DNA of 64,000 bases, from the NCBI GenBank assembly GCA_002269645.1, contig NIVC01002441.1:1-64000 (forward strand), given 5' to 3'. Position numbers and translations under genes: made by a program. This DNA is from Macrostomum lignano. Lineage: Eukaryota. The notes under the pieces were generated by a model. That model had not been told where the DNA came from. It saw only the letters and a list, made by a program, of their open reading frames with translations, and made no database searches. This document shows, one piece after another, positions 10,646 to 23,700 of the stretch (position 1 is its first letter; the number at the start of each line of letters is the position of its first letter).

Positions 10646-12092
10646 AATTCTGATACTCTGATATTCCAATATTATTGGCAATACCTTTTGGGCATTGCCT
10701 ATTAGAGTATCAGAAGCCAATACTTTTTGATAGTATTGGACTTTGGTAACTTCCAATACAATTTTCAAATTTAATTTATAGAAATTTTATAGAAAGTAAT
10801 AATAAATACTTTACTTTTAGTTTTAGGTCAATGAAACTAAAATAAATCAATACTTTCATCCTTAAAATATTAGTTTTTAAAACTTTTTTTAAAAACTTTG
10901 TTAAATTGGCTGCACTATATATACTTTATCAATTAGTTAGCAATTAATAATTATCATAAAAATGATATTATTTAGTCAATTATCATGTTGCAAGTTCTAC
11001 AACATTATTACTACCAAGCCAACCACTGATTGCCGATAAATTTTACAATTTATTCAATATAGTATATGCACAAGTACTACACTAGTAACATAAGAAATTT
11101 AGTGAATGATACATATATGCAAACAGTCAGCAATAATTAAAGAAATGCACTATTTTGGACGCATACATTGGGCAAGGCCAAGTTGAGTAAAGGGAAGAAA
11201 AGTGACGCAACTTACTTAGGTTTTATATTTTAGAGAGTAAAGAAGCAAGGTGTTGCCCAATTAGAGGTGAGGCTATAAAATCTGTACCTTAGCTTAGTGT
11301 ATTTAGTCTAGTATAAATGCACCCAACCCGAAAAATAAGACTGAAGAGATTAAGTGTGCAGGTGCATCATTTGCAGACTGGTAGGCCACCACACTATACT
11401 AAAACAATAACAATACTAACAGCCTAGGCATAAAGAAGAATGACTACAGAGGCTAGTAAATAATTAATGATTGCCTATAGTGGCAACTGTTGGTTTTCCA
11501 TTCATAGAAAATCTTATATTCTTAAAATGAGTTGTCTGTATGTATATGTAAGATAGATTTTAGAAAAATTGGCTCAACTGATTTTTTTAAACTTGCACCA
11601 TTTGATTAGAATTTTCCTAGGACAGTATATACATCCTAGCTAAGAAATAGCTCAATGTTAAAAGGATTAAATATTAAAAAAACATGCTTTTTTGCAAAGG
11701 TCAAGCAACTCTTTTGACTTAAAATGCATTGTAAGAATGCTAGGAACAAAACTGACTAGCTGAACTCTGATTGTAATAAAGATTGCATCACAACAAGTTG
11801 AAGACGTGTCAAAGAAAAGTACACAACTTGATTGAAATTGCGTAATTATATTGCTAACTTAAATTATTGAGACTGATACTTGTTGACTGAGAAATTGATT
11901 GTGTCATAACTTTTTACTCTAATAGAATTGCTGTAAGTATTGAATTATAAGGGCCACAATTCATGTTCTCCAATTAGAAAAAGATAGCCTAGATGTGAAT
12001 AGACTAGACTGCTAATGTAGTGACCTAGGTTCAAATCATAATATTGCCAAATAATTTTCTTATCAAAACACCTTAAAAATAGAAAACTGCTA

Positions 12093-12335
12093 AACATAAA
12101 AGAAGTACAATGTCAAACATAGAAGAGCCACCATGTCAAGCATAAAAGAGCCACCATGTAGAACATAAATAGCCACCATGTCAAACATTAAATAGTCACC
12201 ATGTCAATCATTAATGAGCTACCATGCCAAATATAAAATATCTATCATGTTAGACATAATAGAGCCACCCTGTCAAACATAATAGAGACATTTCAAATAT
12301 AAAAAAAAGCATCATGCCAATCATCAAGGAGCCAT
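12093..12335. repeat. Degenerate ~22-bp tandem repeat (AAAGAGCCACCATGTCAAACAT)
   Basis: About 10 diverged copies seen directly. Confidence 0.7.
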
Positions 12336-12378
12336 TATAAAGCTAAGGAAATTGTTATATTAGCTACTTATTGTCTGT

Positions 12379-12628
12379 TGGATGCTTGCTATTTAAGGAT
12401 AGATACTTGCTATCAGGTGGATGCTTGCTATCTGGGGATGCTTGCTATCTGGGAGATACTTGCTATCAGGTGGATGCTTGCTATCTGGGGATGCTTGCTG
12501 TCTGGGGGTGCTTGGTGCATGCTTGCTATCTGGGGGATGCTTGCTATCTGGGAGATGCTTGCTATCTAGGGGATACTTACTATCTAGGGGTGCTTGCTAT
12601 CTGGGGGGATGCTTGCTGTCTTGGGATG
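12379..12628. repeat. ~18-bp minisatellite (GATGCTTGCTATCTGGGG)
   Basis: About 14 copies. Confidence 0.85.
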
Positions 12629-14258
12629 TTTTCTTTTTGCATTGTAATTCATTTGAGCAGTTTGTCTATTGTGTTTGTGAAGGCAGTTTTTTTGTCTTTT
12701 TTTACTTGTAGAGAACAGAGATTCTATCCATATGTCCCCCATTGGGGGGCAAATATTGCTAGTATTAAAACTATGTGCTATTTAGGTACCATGGTATTAT
12801 GTTATTGTTGACAACTAAACATTTCTATAAAAAATTACTTACAAGAAGTGTACAAATTGTAAACAAATTTGGCATTGCATTACCATTTCCCACATTCTTT
12901 GGCTAATGAGCTACAATAATTAGCTATAATTTGCTAAGTTGCCATAATGTTTAGTTGACAAAATGTGCAAATCCAATAATATTTACATTTTTCTAGCAAA
13001 AAATCCACTGTGCTATGTATTTAATATATAGAGTACACTATTGACAATTGGCTAGTTGTAAGCATTTATTGATATGACTATGAGCCCTAGCCTTATCTCT
13101 ATCCAATAATGATATTGCATTGCTTTCCCTATTGCAAAGTTTATTCATTGTAAATAGAAAGCTTACTTTATATAAATATTTGGATCCTTAGGAAATATTT
13201 TAAATATACTTATAGGCCTACTTCTAAATTCTAATAAAATAAGTTTGTTATCTTAAATTTACTATATAACTATTTTTTGAGACAAATATATTTTCTTTTA
13301 ATAATATTACATATTTTTATAGCAGGCAAAATGACAACATATTTTTGCAGACATAAAAGTGGTACACACTGGCAGCAAACAAAATTATTGTCAACTAGTA
13401 TAAAAACATTTTCATTTTATTTAAATTCATAGGACTATTTTTATTAGTCCTTTTATAGTCAATATTTATACTCTTAAGCCATTGTTAGGAAGGTAGCAAT
13501 GGCATAGCATAATGTGTGCTAGAATTATTTTTAGAAGATAATCTATATACTCTTTATGTGCTATTTTTGTCAATCTAACTAGACCTATGATATAAAAGCT
13601 AGCCTAAATATGTAAAAATTAAACATTAACAAATGCAAGTTAGATTAACAAATAATAACAATATACAAGCTAAATTGCCAAAAATATATGCTATATATAC
13701 CAAAAATTAGTGTATATATGCTGATTACCATTAGCATTTTATTTTACTTATTAATTTACTACTTTATTAGCCTTTTTTATTGTTTATACTTTAGGTACAT
13801 ATTTTATTTAATAAACTTATTTAACAATCTTGTCTTAAAATGGTGTTTTTTCTTTATTAGTAAAACAAAGATACAGTACTTTTATATATGAATATAAAAC
13901 CTAAAACAATATTGGCAATTATATTATTTAAAATTTAATAAGCAAAAAGTAATGAACAGGATTTTTTTTAGTCTTTTTATAATACTATCAAAATGGTTTA
14001 GAGTACTCAGTTTAAATATATAAAAGCTTTAAAATCTCAATAAAGTTAATTCTTCAAAGAAATATGATAGATAAAAAATACTCTTATAGCTTTGTTTGAA
14101 ATTAATCATTTAATATGTCTAGTGCTTTCTTGACAGTTCTAATCTAATCTAATCTAATTTCTAATCTAAGTTCTAATCTAATTTCTCAGATAATAATGTA
14201 CTAAAACTATAGCTACAAAATTTGCATATGTTGGACTCTGACTGACTCTGATCTATTC

Positions 14259-14910
14259 TCGTAGAAGCGTAAAAATCGTAGAAGCGTCAAATGAAAATCA
14301 TAGAAGTGTCATGTAAAAAATCATAGAAGCATCATGTAAACAATCATAGAAGCGTCATGTAAAAAAATCATACAAGCATCATGTAAAAATCATAAAAGCA
14401 GCATGTAAAAAATCATAGAAGTGTCATGTAAACAATCATACAAGCGTCATGTAAAAAATTTTAAAAGTGTCATTTAAAAGTCATAGAAGCGCCATTTAAA
14501 GAAATCATAGAAGCGTCATGTAAACAATCATACAAGCGTCATGTAAACAATCATAGAAGCATCATGTAAAAAATCATAGAAGCGTCATTTAAAAATCATA
14601 GGAGCATCATGTAAAAATTCATAGAAGCATCATGTAAACAATCACAGAAGCGCCATGTAAAAAATTGTAGAAACGTCATGTAAACAATCATAGAAGCGTC
14701 ATGTAAACAATCATAGAAGCGTCATGTAAAAAATCATAGAAGTGTCATATAAAAATCATAGAAGCGTCATGTAAAAAATCATAGAAGCGTCATGTAAAAA
14801 TCATAGAAGCCTCATTTAAAAACTAATGAAAGTGTCATTTAAAAAATTAAGAAGCATCATGGTAGAATAAAAGAAGCGTCATGTCAGACATGAAGGGTGT
14901 CATGTAAAAA
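14259..14910. repeat. ~23-bp minisatellite (AATCATAGAAGCGTCATGTAAAA)
   Basis: About 27 copies with GCGT/GTGT/GCAT variants. Confidence 0.9.
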
Positions 14911-14994
14911 TTAAATGCAGCTATAATGCTGTGCTGGGGAGAAAAACTGAGATGTAAAGGCTCTCAGAGAATAACTGAGATTATGGGGGGGTTT

Positions 14995-15960
14995 CTGAGA
15001 TGTCAAAGCAAAAGTCAGAAGCTACTTCAAAGTTCATGTACTTTACTCAATTTTTTTATTGCATTCTTTGTTGGCTCGCCACAGGGGGGGGCGCTGATAG
15101 AAGAAGAGTCATGTAAAAAATAAAAGTAGCACTATGTATACATAAAAGAAAAGTCATGTTGAAGTTAAAAGATTCATTTGGGAATTGCTATGATGTCAAA
15201 GCTTGGTGGAAATTGTTATAGGGCTGTGATTCTTAAAGAAAAAATCACTAAAATGTCAAGGCTTAGGGGAGAAGAATTGCTGAGATTTCAAGGCTTTAGG
15301 TTGGGTTAAAGTTAGGTTTAGGTCAGGTGTGGGTTGAAGGTTATATTTTATCGGGTTTCAAGGTTAATAGAATAACAGGGGGTTTTTAGATTTCAAGGTT
15401 TATGGGGGCCATTGCTGACATATTAAGGCTTACAGGGGGAATAGCTGAGATGTCAAGGCTCATGGGGGTATAAATGAGATTTCAAGGCTAAAGTCAAAAG
15501 CTACATGTAGTTTATTGAAAACTTTTTATTATATTATTTGATGCCTCTTCAGGGGAGGGATTGCTGATAAAAAAAGTGTAATGTAAAAAATAAAATAAGC
15601 TTCATGTTGAAGTTAAGAGATTCATTTGGGAATCCCTACGATGTTGAGGCTTGCAGGGAATTGCTATATTACTGTAGTGCTATAATGACTCTTGGAGAGA
15701 ATTAGTGAAATTTCAATGCTTTAGGGTTAGGTTAGGGTTAGGCTAGGGTTAGGGTTAGAAGGTTGACAGATATTTTTAGATTTCCAAGGCTTATTGGGGG
15801 CATTGCTGAGATGTCAAGGGGGGAGTTGATATGTTAAAGCTTGTGGGGGGAATTACTGACATGTCAAGGCTTACAGGGTTTGACAGTAGATTTTTTAAGA
15901 TTTCAAGGATACATGTAGCTTATTAAAAAAACGTATATTGCATTTCTTTGGCTCCCCAAC
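14995..15960. repeat. Diverged ~480-bp tandem duplication containing TTAGGG-like runs
   Basis: 14995-15470 aligns to 15475-15900 (e.g. TCATGTTGAAGTTAA.AGATTCATTTGGGAAT in both); TTAGGG-type run at 15721-15758. Confidence 0.6.
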
Positions 15961-17507
15961 GGGGGGCGTAGATTGCTAGTCATTGCTCATTCTCTATTCC
16001 ATCGTGCATGCCTTATCTCTGTCACCCACCCCAATGCTATGCTGCAATATTTATTAAATGTGTTTCTGTTCTAAGGCTCACTTCAATAAACTTTTGTCAC
16101 TACTGAGTGCTAAAGCTATTGACTTTCAGCATATAATAATATATTTAAAATTTAGTCGTTGTTCAGTTTCTAGTTATAGTGCAAAGCAGCAAATACAAGA
16201 CTATTGATCAAGTAATATCTGAAGTATCAAAAAAATTATTATATATTTTTGCATAGGCTCTTGTTAAAAAAACTAGAAAATAATTTTAGTAACAAAGTTA
16301 TTAATTTTAAATACTCATACTAAATATCAATAATAGAAAAAATAAATAGAATTTATTTACAAAGCTTTATTTAGTAAAAAGCCTAATAACATTATTAGAC
16401 AATTTAGTCAGTTCTTAATAATCCTTGAATATATGGGCTTGTAGCCATAGAGAAACTTTGATATCACTTTTATACAAAACTATTTATACCAAATGGCTAA
16501 AAGTATGCTTATAAATAGCAAATATTTTAATATTTTAATCTAATAAATATACTAAATAAAGTACTATCCTTGGGCTAATGTAAGATGTAATTTAGTAAGT
16601 TTATAAGTCAAACTTATTAAGAGTTAGTATCTTAAGTGAGAAATAAACTAGGAATTTACCTTTTATTCCAAAATGAAAATTGTTGGCATATGTAGCTGTG
16701 GCAATATTCTATATATATCTTGTATCTTGTACAAAATAATTTTTTTAAGTTTTCATAGTTAAAATATATTAGGTGATCATTTATTATTATAAATATGCTA
16801 GAAAAATTATTATATATTTTATTTCAAATAAATTAAGACTTCCATTTTTATTCAACTTTGCTTTAGCTTTCTAATCTTGATTCTTGATACCTTGGTATAA
16901 GTGGGGGGGCACCCCCTACCAACAGAGACCTAAAAGAATGAAAGGGGTTACTAAGCGAATTTTTGCCAAAGTACAGAGCCACAATCTCCACCTCACCTTT
17001 CAGTCTTTACCCTCTAAAATCTGCCTTTTCCCTCAATACATTTTTGGTTATCCACTTCAAAAAATGGTTTGTTACAACTTGGTATTAGTAGTTGAATATT
17101 TTTAACAGACAAGGCAAATGGCTGTAACAATTTTAGTAGCAATTGTGAGATTGTTCTAGTAAAAAAAACAAATTACCCATTACACACAAATAAATGGAGT
17201 ATCATAAATTAATATCCAACAACTGAAAGAAATGAATTGGCATTTTGCTAACCTATCCATATATCTAAAAACTTGAAAGTAGGCTCTAAATATGATTTTT
17301 AATCTTTTTACTTCAAATTTGTGGACAATTTTTAATCTAACAAGCCAGAAAGTCAGTTGACCCCGTGGAACAAAATCCTGTATTCGAGTCAGAGCCCTAA
17401 CTCAGGCCAAATCTGTTTAAAGTTTGATAAAAAATGTACTTTTATATATTTGTAATTGCTGAGCTAGCATAGCAACTAAGGCTTTTATCTACATCTATCT
17501 ATTTCAG

Positions 17508-17786
17508 CCCTTCGCCCGGGCCCCAGCAGCCGCACCCCTGGCTTCATCGGCCAACTGCAACCGTCTGCAGCAGCAGCCGCAGCATCCAGATGTAGATGCA
17601 ACCGCCGCCGCCGCTGACTATTTCTCGCCAGGCGTTGGCCCGGCTGCCTCGGTCTGGGGCTCCGCATTCGACGCCTGGCTGCCCCCTCCGCCGTCTGTGT
17701 CTCCACCGCCGCCGCCGCCGCCGCCGCCTCCGCCTCAATTGCATCAGCCACAACCGCTTCGCGACAGCCTGTCCGCTGTAGTAATG
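17508..17786 (+). CDS. LNX: LNX exon 1 (Pro/Gln/Ala-rich, open throughout, ends in ATG)
   Basis: TTTCAG acceptor, ATG|GTGAGT donor, 93 open codons in phase 0 with exon 2; whether the whole exon is coding is uncertain. Confidence 0.65.
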
Positions 17787-20700
17787 GTGAGTGAGTAGTA
17801 TAGTGCGGTTTTTGACATTTAATTTCCGTTGATAAGTTTGAAAAGATCCAGAATTGACTTATGGAACTGTTTCTAATAAAAATATCTGGGCATGTTGTCA
17901 AGAAGAACATCTAATCTGTTAAAGATTTGATCGAATTGAATAGATTGCTAATCTGTGCAATTGCCAGTCTATTTAATATTTCATGAAATATAAGAAATTG
18001 CTAATCTAACCAATTTTTATGGGATAGAATGGATTGCTTATCTTTCCATTTTGTGATTGGAATAGAATGGAATGCTAATCTATCCATTATGTCATGGAAT
18101 AGAATGGATTGCTAATCTATCCATTATGTCATGGAATAGAATGGAATGCTAATCTATCCATTATGTCATGGAATAGAATGGATTGCTAATCTATCCATTA
18201 TGTCATGGAATAGAATGGATTGCTAATCTATCCATTATGTCATGGAATAGAATGGAATGCTAATCTATCCATTATGTCATGGAATAGAATGGATTTCTAA
18301 TCTATCCATTATGTCATGGAATAGAATGGAATGCTAATCTATCCATTATGTCATGGAATAGAATGGAATGCTAATCTATCCATTATGTCATGGAATAGAA
18401 TGGAATGCTAATCTATCCATTATGTCATGGAATAGAATGGATTGCTAATCTATCCATTATGTCATGGAATAGAATGGATTGCTAATCTATCCGTTATGTC
18501 ATGGAATAGAATGGAATGCTAATCCATCCATTATGCCATGGAATAGAATGGATTGCTAATCCATCCATTATGTCATGGAATAGAATGGATTGCTAATCTA
18601 TTCATTATGTCATGGAATAGAATGGATTGCTAATCCATCCATTATGTCATGGAATAGAATGGATTGCTAATCTATTCATTATGTCATGGAATAGAATGGA
18701 TTGCTAATCCATCCATTATGTCATGGAATAGAATGGATTGCTAATCTATCCATTATGTCATGGAATAGAATGGATTGCTAATCCATCCATTATGTCATGG
18801 AATAGAATGGAATGCTAATCTATCCATTATGTCATGGAATAGAATGGATTGCTAATCTATCCATTATGTCATGGAATAGAATGGATTGCTAATCTATCCA
18901 TTATGTCATGGAATAGAATGGATTGCTAATCTATCCATTATGTCATGGAATAGAATGGAATGCTAATCTATCCATTATGTCATGGAATAGAATGGAATGC
19001 TAATCTATCCATTATGTCATGGAATAGAATGGATTGCTAATCTATCCATTATGTCATGGAATAGAATGGAATGCTAATCCATCCATTATGCCATGGAATA
19101 GAATGGATTGCTAATCCATCCATTATGTCATGGAATAGAATAGATTGCTAATCTATTCATTATGTCATGGAATAGAATGGATTGCTAATCCATCCATTAT
19201 GTCATGGAATAGAATGGATTGCTAATCTATTCATTATGTCATGGAATAGAATGGATTGCTAATCCATCCATTATGTCATGGAATAGAATGGATTGCTAAT
19301 CTATCCATTATGTCATGGAATAGAATGGAATGCTAATCTATCCATTATGTCATGGAATAGAATGGATTGCTAATCTATCCATTATGTCATGGAATAGAAT
19401 GGATTGCTAATCCAAGTCTTGTTAGCTAATTTGAAATAGTATTTTTAGCGTCATTTCTACTTTCTAATCACATACAATCAAAGTCTGTAATCTGTCTGTA
19501 GTTAGTTTTTTGTATCAACCCATTACTTTACCTATCGTGCGTCCTGTTAGAATTTAGAGCACCTGTGTTCTGCCTTCCCAATTTTTTTACGTTTTTCCTT
19601 AGCCCAGTCAGGAACCCCTGGTGCCCGTTCTATTTTTAGGCATGACTCACCCCTTCCCAAAGTCCTAAACGAACAACTGCTTTCCTTACCCCCCCCCCCA
19701 AGCCTGTTCACCCCGTCATTCACCCCTGTCTTCATAAGCGAACGCATTTTACCGTTCAGTGTCTGACCGCACCGCACTATATTAAAATTGTTTTTTTGGC
19801 GTTGTAAGTGTTTATCTACATGAAGACCCAAAGTCCTTGCTAAAGAAGATTCCAAACCAAAGAATTTGGTAAGCCATCTCTTTCAATTTATATAGCTATT
19901 TTAATATGTCCCTTTTTATTGTCTTACTGTGTCTTTATTGGCTGCTCTAGATGTTTTTCTGAGGTATGTTTAGTGCTGGCAGCTGGCCATCACTCCTGTC
20001 TCCTTTGTTCTTCCTTGTTTCCCTGCTCCTTCAATTACGGGTTTTCCTCTATCGGGGTCTCCATTCCTATTTATTCTGTGCCCCTGTTCCCCTCCTTTCA
20101 GTGCCCCTGTTCCCCTCCCTTCAGTGCCCCTGTTCCCCTCCTTTCAGTGCCCCTGTTCCCCTCCTTTCAGTGCCCCTGTTCCCCTCCCCTCAGTGTCCCT
20201 GTTCCCCTCCCTTCAGTGTCCCTGTTCCCCTCCTTTCAGTGCCCCTGTTCCCCTCCTTTCAGTGCCCCTGTTCCCCTCCTTTCAGTGCCCCTGTTCCCCT
20301 CCCCTCAGTGTCCCTGTTCCCCTCCTTTCAGTGCCCCTGTTCCCCTCCTTTCAGTGCCCCTGTTCCCCTCCCTTCAGTGTCCCTGTTCTCCTCCTTTCAG
20401 TGTCCCTGTTCCCCTCCCCTCAGTGTCCCTGTTCTCCTCCCTTCAGTGTCCCTGTTCCCCTCCCTTCAGTGCCCCTGTTCCCCTCCCTTCAGTGCCCCTG
20501 TTCCCCTCCCTTCAGTGTCCCTGTTCCCCTCCCTTCAGTGTCCCTGTTCCCCTCCCTTCAGTGTCCCTGTTCCCCTCCCTTCAGTGTCCCTGTTCCCCTC
20601 CCTTCAGTGTCCCTGTTCCCCTCCCTTCAGTGCCCCTGTTCTCCTCCCTTCAGTGCCCCTGTTCCCCTCCCTTCAGTGTCCCTGTTCCCCTCCCTTCAGT

Positions 20701-23700
20701 GTCCCTGTTCCCCTCCCTTCAGTGCCCCTGTTCCCCTCCCTTCAGTGCCCCTGTTCCCCTCCCTTCAGTGTCCCTGTTCTCCTCCCTTTAGTGCCCCTGT
20801 TCCCCTCCCTTCAGTGCCCCTGTTCCCCTCCCTTCAGTGCCCCTGTTCCCCTCCCTTCAGTGTCCCTGTTCCCTTCCCTTCAGTGTCCCTGTTCCCCTCC
20901 CTTCAGTGCCCCTGTTCCCCTCCCTTCAGTGCCCCTGTTCCCCTCCCTTCAGTGTCAGCGCTGTAGCAGCGTTGTATTGAAAATAGTCGCGCAGTTTAAG
21001 GGCAATATCCCTATTGATACCCCCCTCTTATTCCCTCAGGCTGCCATATCTGCTTCCGCAGTCGCCACGCCAGCTAGCGGCGCTGTTTCGGCTGGCGCCA
21101 GTCACCACCGCAGCTACCAGGACCTGTTCCCTTCGCCTACCGACTTCTCGCGTCGACCGTTCGCCTTCGACGAGGCCCCGCCGCCGCCGCCATCGATGTC
21201 GCCTCCGCCGCCGCCTTCGCCACCGCCGCCGCCACCTCCGCCTCCTCCGGAGCAGAAGCCGCAGCAGGTGGCAAGGCGCAGCATTAGCGTTGCTGGTTCT
21301 TTGAGCTCCTTGACTGGCGGGGCGGCCAAGAAGCTGGACCTGTGCTCCAGCTGCGGCCGGTTTCACGAGGCCGGCGGCGCCCACCTGTACGACTATGATC
21401 AGGATATTGATCAGGATCTGATGTGCAAGGTTAGCTGGCTGTTGACAGATCAGTCATGCACTTTTCTTTTAGAAATTCGGTCCAGTGAGTGAGGATTCGT
21501 TTCTAAACTTCAGGGAGTAAGAATTCAGGTCTAAACTTCAGGGATTGAGAATTCAGGTCTGAACTTCAAGGAGTGAGAATTCAGGTCTGAACTTCAAGGA
21601 GTGAGAATTCAGGTCTGAACTTTAAGGAGTGAGAATTCAGGTCTGAACTTCAGGGAGTGAGAATTCAGGTCTAAACTTCAGGGATTGAGAATTCAGGTCT
21701 GAACTTCAAGGAGTGAGAATTCAGGTCTGAACTTCAGGGAGTGAGAATTCAGGTCTGAACTTCAGGGAGTGAGAATTCAGGTCTGAACTTCAGGGAGTGA
21801 GAATTCAGGTCTGAACTTCAGGGAGTGAGAATTCAGGTCTGAACTTCAGGGAGTGAGAATTCAGGTCTGAACTTCAGGGAGTGAGGCCTTAATTATAGTT
21901 TGAGCACTAACTTTCTTTCCTAAATTAAATAGGACAGTTTTCTGCATGTAACACTCGCGTCTGTCTACTAACAAGTAGTACTGAACTATTAAAATCTCTA
22001 AACAAATTTCAGCTGTGCCAGCAGCCGCTCGTTGATCCGTTGGATACGAAGTGCGGGCACACGTTTTGCACACCCTGTCTGAAGAGCCACCTAGCCAGAC
22101 AGGCGCTCTGCCCAATAGACAAAAGCATTATTAATTTTCTGGAGTGCTCCCAGGCGTCTAGTCTGGTGAAAAAGTGAGTCCGCGCTTATTTATGTGCTCA
22201 CTTGCTGACCCCTGAGCATGAGCAGTGTACACTCGATGGCCCGTGGGGTTGGCCCTCACGGACTCCAGTCGTACGACTCAGCTAACAGGCAAATTTTTTT
22301 TGCTCAGGCCCGATATTTATGTGGCCGCGCTACGAATCGAACCAGGGCTCCCACTTGCCACTATCTCACCGTGTCTACTCCCCTGTCTCCTCTCTTCATC
22401 CCCACTTTCTCACCGTGTCTACTTCTCCGTCTCCTCTCTTCATTCCCACTTTCTCACCGTGTCTACTTCTCCGTCTCCTCTCTTCATTCCCACTTTCTCA
22501 CCGTGTCTACTTCTCCGTCTCCTCTCTTCATACCGTCTATCTCACCCTTGTCTACTTCTCGGTCTCCTCTCTTCATACCGTCTATCTCACCCTTGTCTAC
22601 TTCTCGGTCTCCTCTCTTCATACCGTCTATCTCACCTTGTCTACTTCTCGGTCTCCTCTCTTCATCCCCACTATCTCACCGTGTCTACTCCCCTGTCTCC
22701 TCTCTTCATCCCCACTTTCTCACCGTGTTTACTTCTCCGTCTCCTCTCTTCATTCCCACTATCTCACCGTATCTACTTCTCCGTCTCCTCTCTTCATACC
22801 GTCTATCTCACCTTGTCTACTTCTCTGTCTCTCTTCATACCGTCTATCTCACCCTTGTCTACTTCTCAGTCTCCTCTCTTCATACCGTCTATCTCACCCT
22901 TGTCTACTTCTCGGTCTCCTCTCTTCATACCGTCCATCTCACCCTTGTCTACTTCTCGGTCTCCTCTCTTCATCCCCACTATCTCACCGTGTCTACTCCC
23001 CTGTCTCCTCTCTTCATCCCCACTTTCTCACCGTGTTTACTTCTCCGTCTCCTCTCTTCATTCCCACTATCTCACCGTATCTACTTCTCCGTCTCCTCTC
23101 TTCATACCGTCTATCTCACCCTTGTCTACTTCTCTGTCTCTCTTTATACCGTCTATCTCACCCTTGTCTACTTCTCTGTCTCTCTTCATACCGTCTATCT
23201 CACCCTTGTCTACTTCTCCGTCTCCTCTCTTCATACCGTCTATCACCCTTGTCTACTTCTCCGTCTCTCTTCATACCGTCTATCTCACCCTTGTCTACTC
23301 CGTCTCCTCTCTTCATACCGTCTATCTCACCCTTGTCTACTTCTCTGTCTCTCTTCATACCGTCTATCTCACCCTTGTCTACTTCTCCGTCTCCTCTCTT
23401 CATACCGTCTATCACCCTTGTCTACTTCTCCGTCTCTCTTCATACCGTCTATCTCACCCTTGTCTACTTCTCCGTCTCTCTTCATACCGTCTATCTCACC
23501 CTTGTCTACTTCTCTGTCTCTCTTCATACCGTCTATCTCACCCTTGTCTACTTCTCCGTCTCCTCTCTTCATACCGTCTATCACCCTTGTCTACTTCTCC
23601 GTCTCCTCTCTTCATACCGTCTATCACCCTTGTCTACTTCTCCGTCTCTCTTCATACCGTCTATCTCACCCTTGTCTACTCCGTCTCCTCTCTTCATACC

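Noticed and set aside
19960-19973. 13-nt micro-exon (CTAG|ATGTTTTTCTGAG|GTATGT) in LNX intron 1
   Set aside because: Not frame-preserving; exons 1 and 2 already join in phase.
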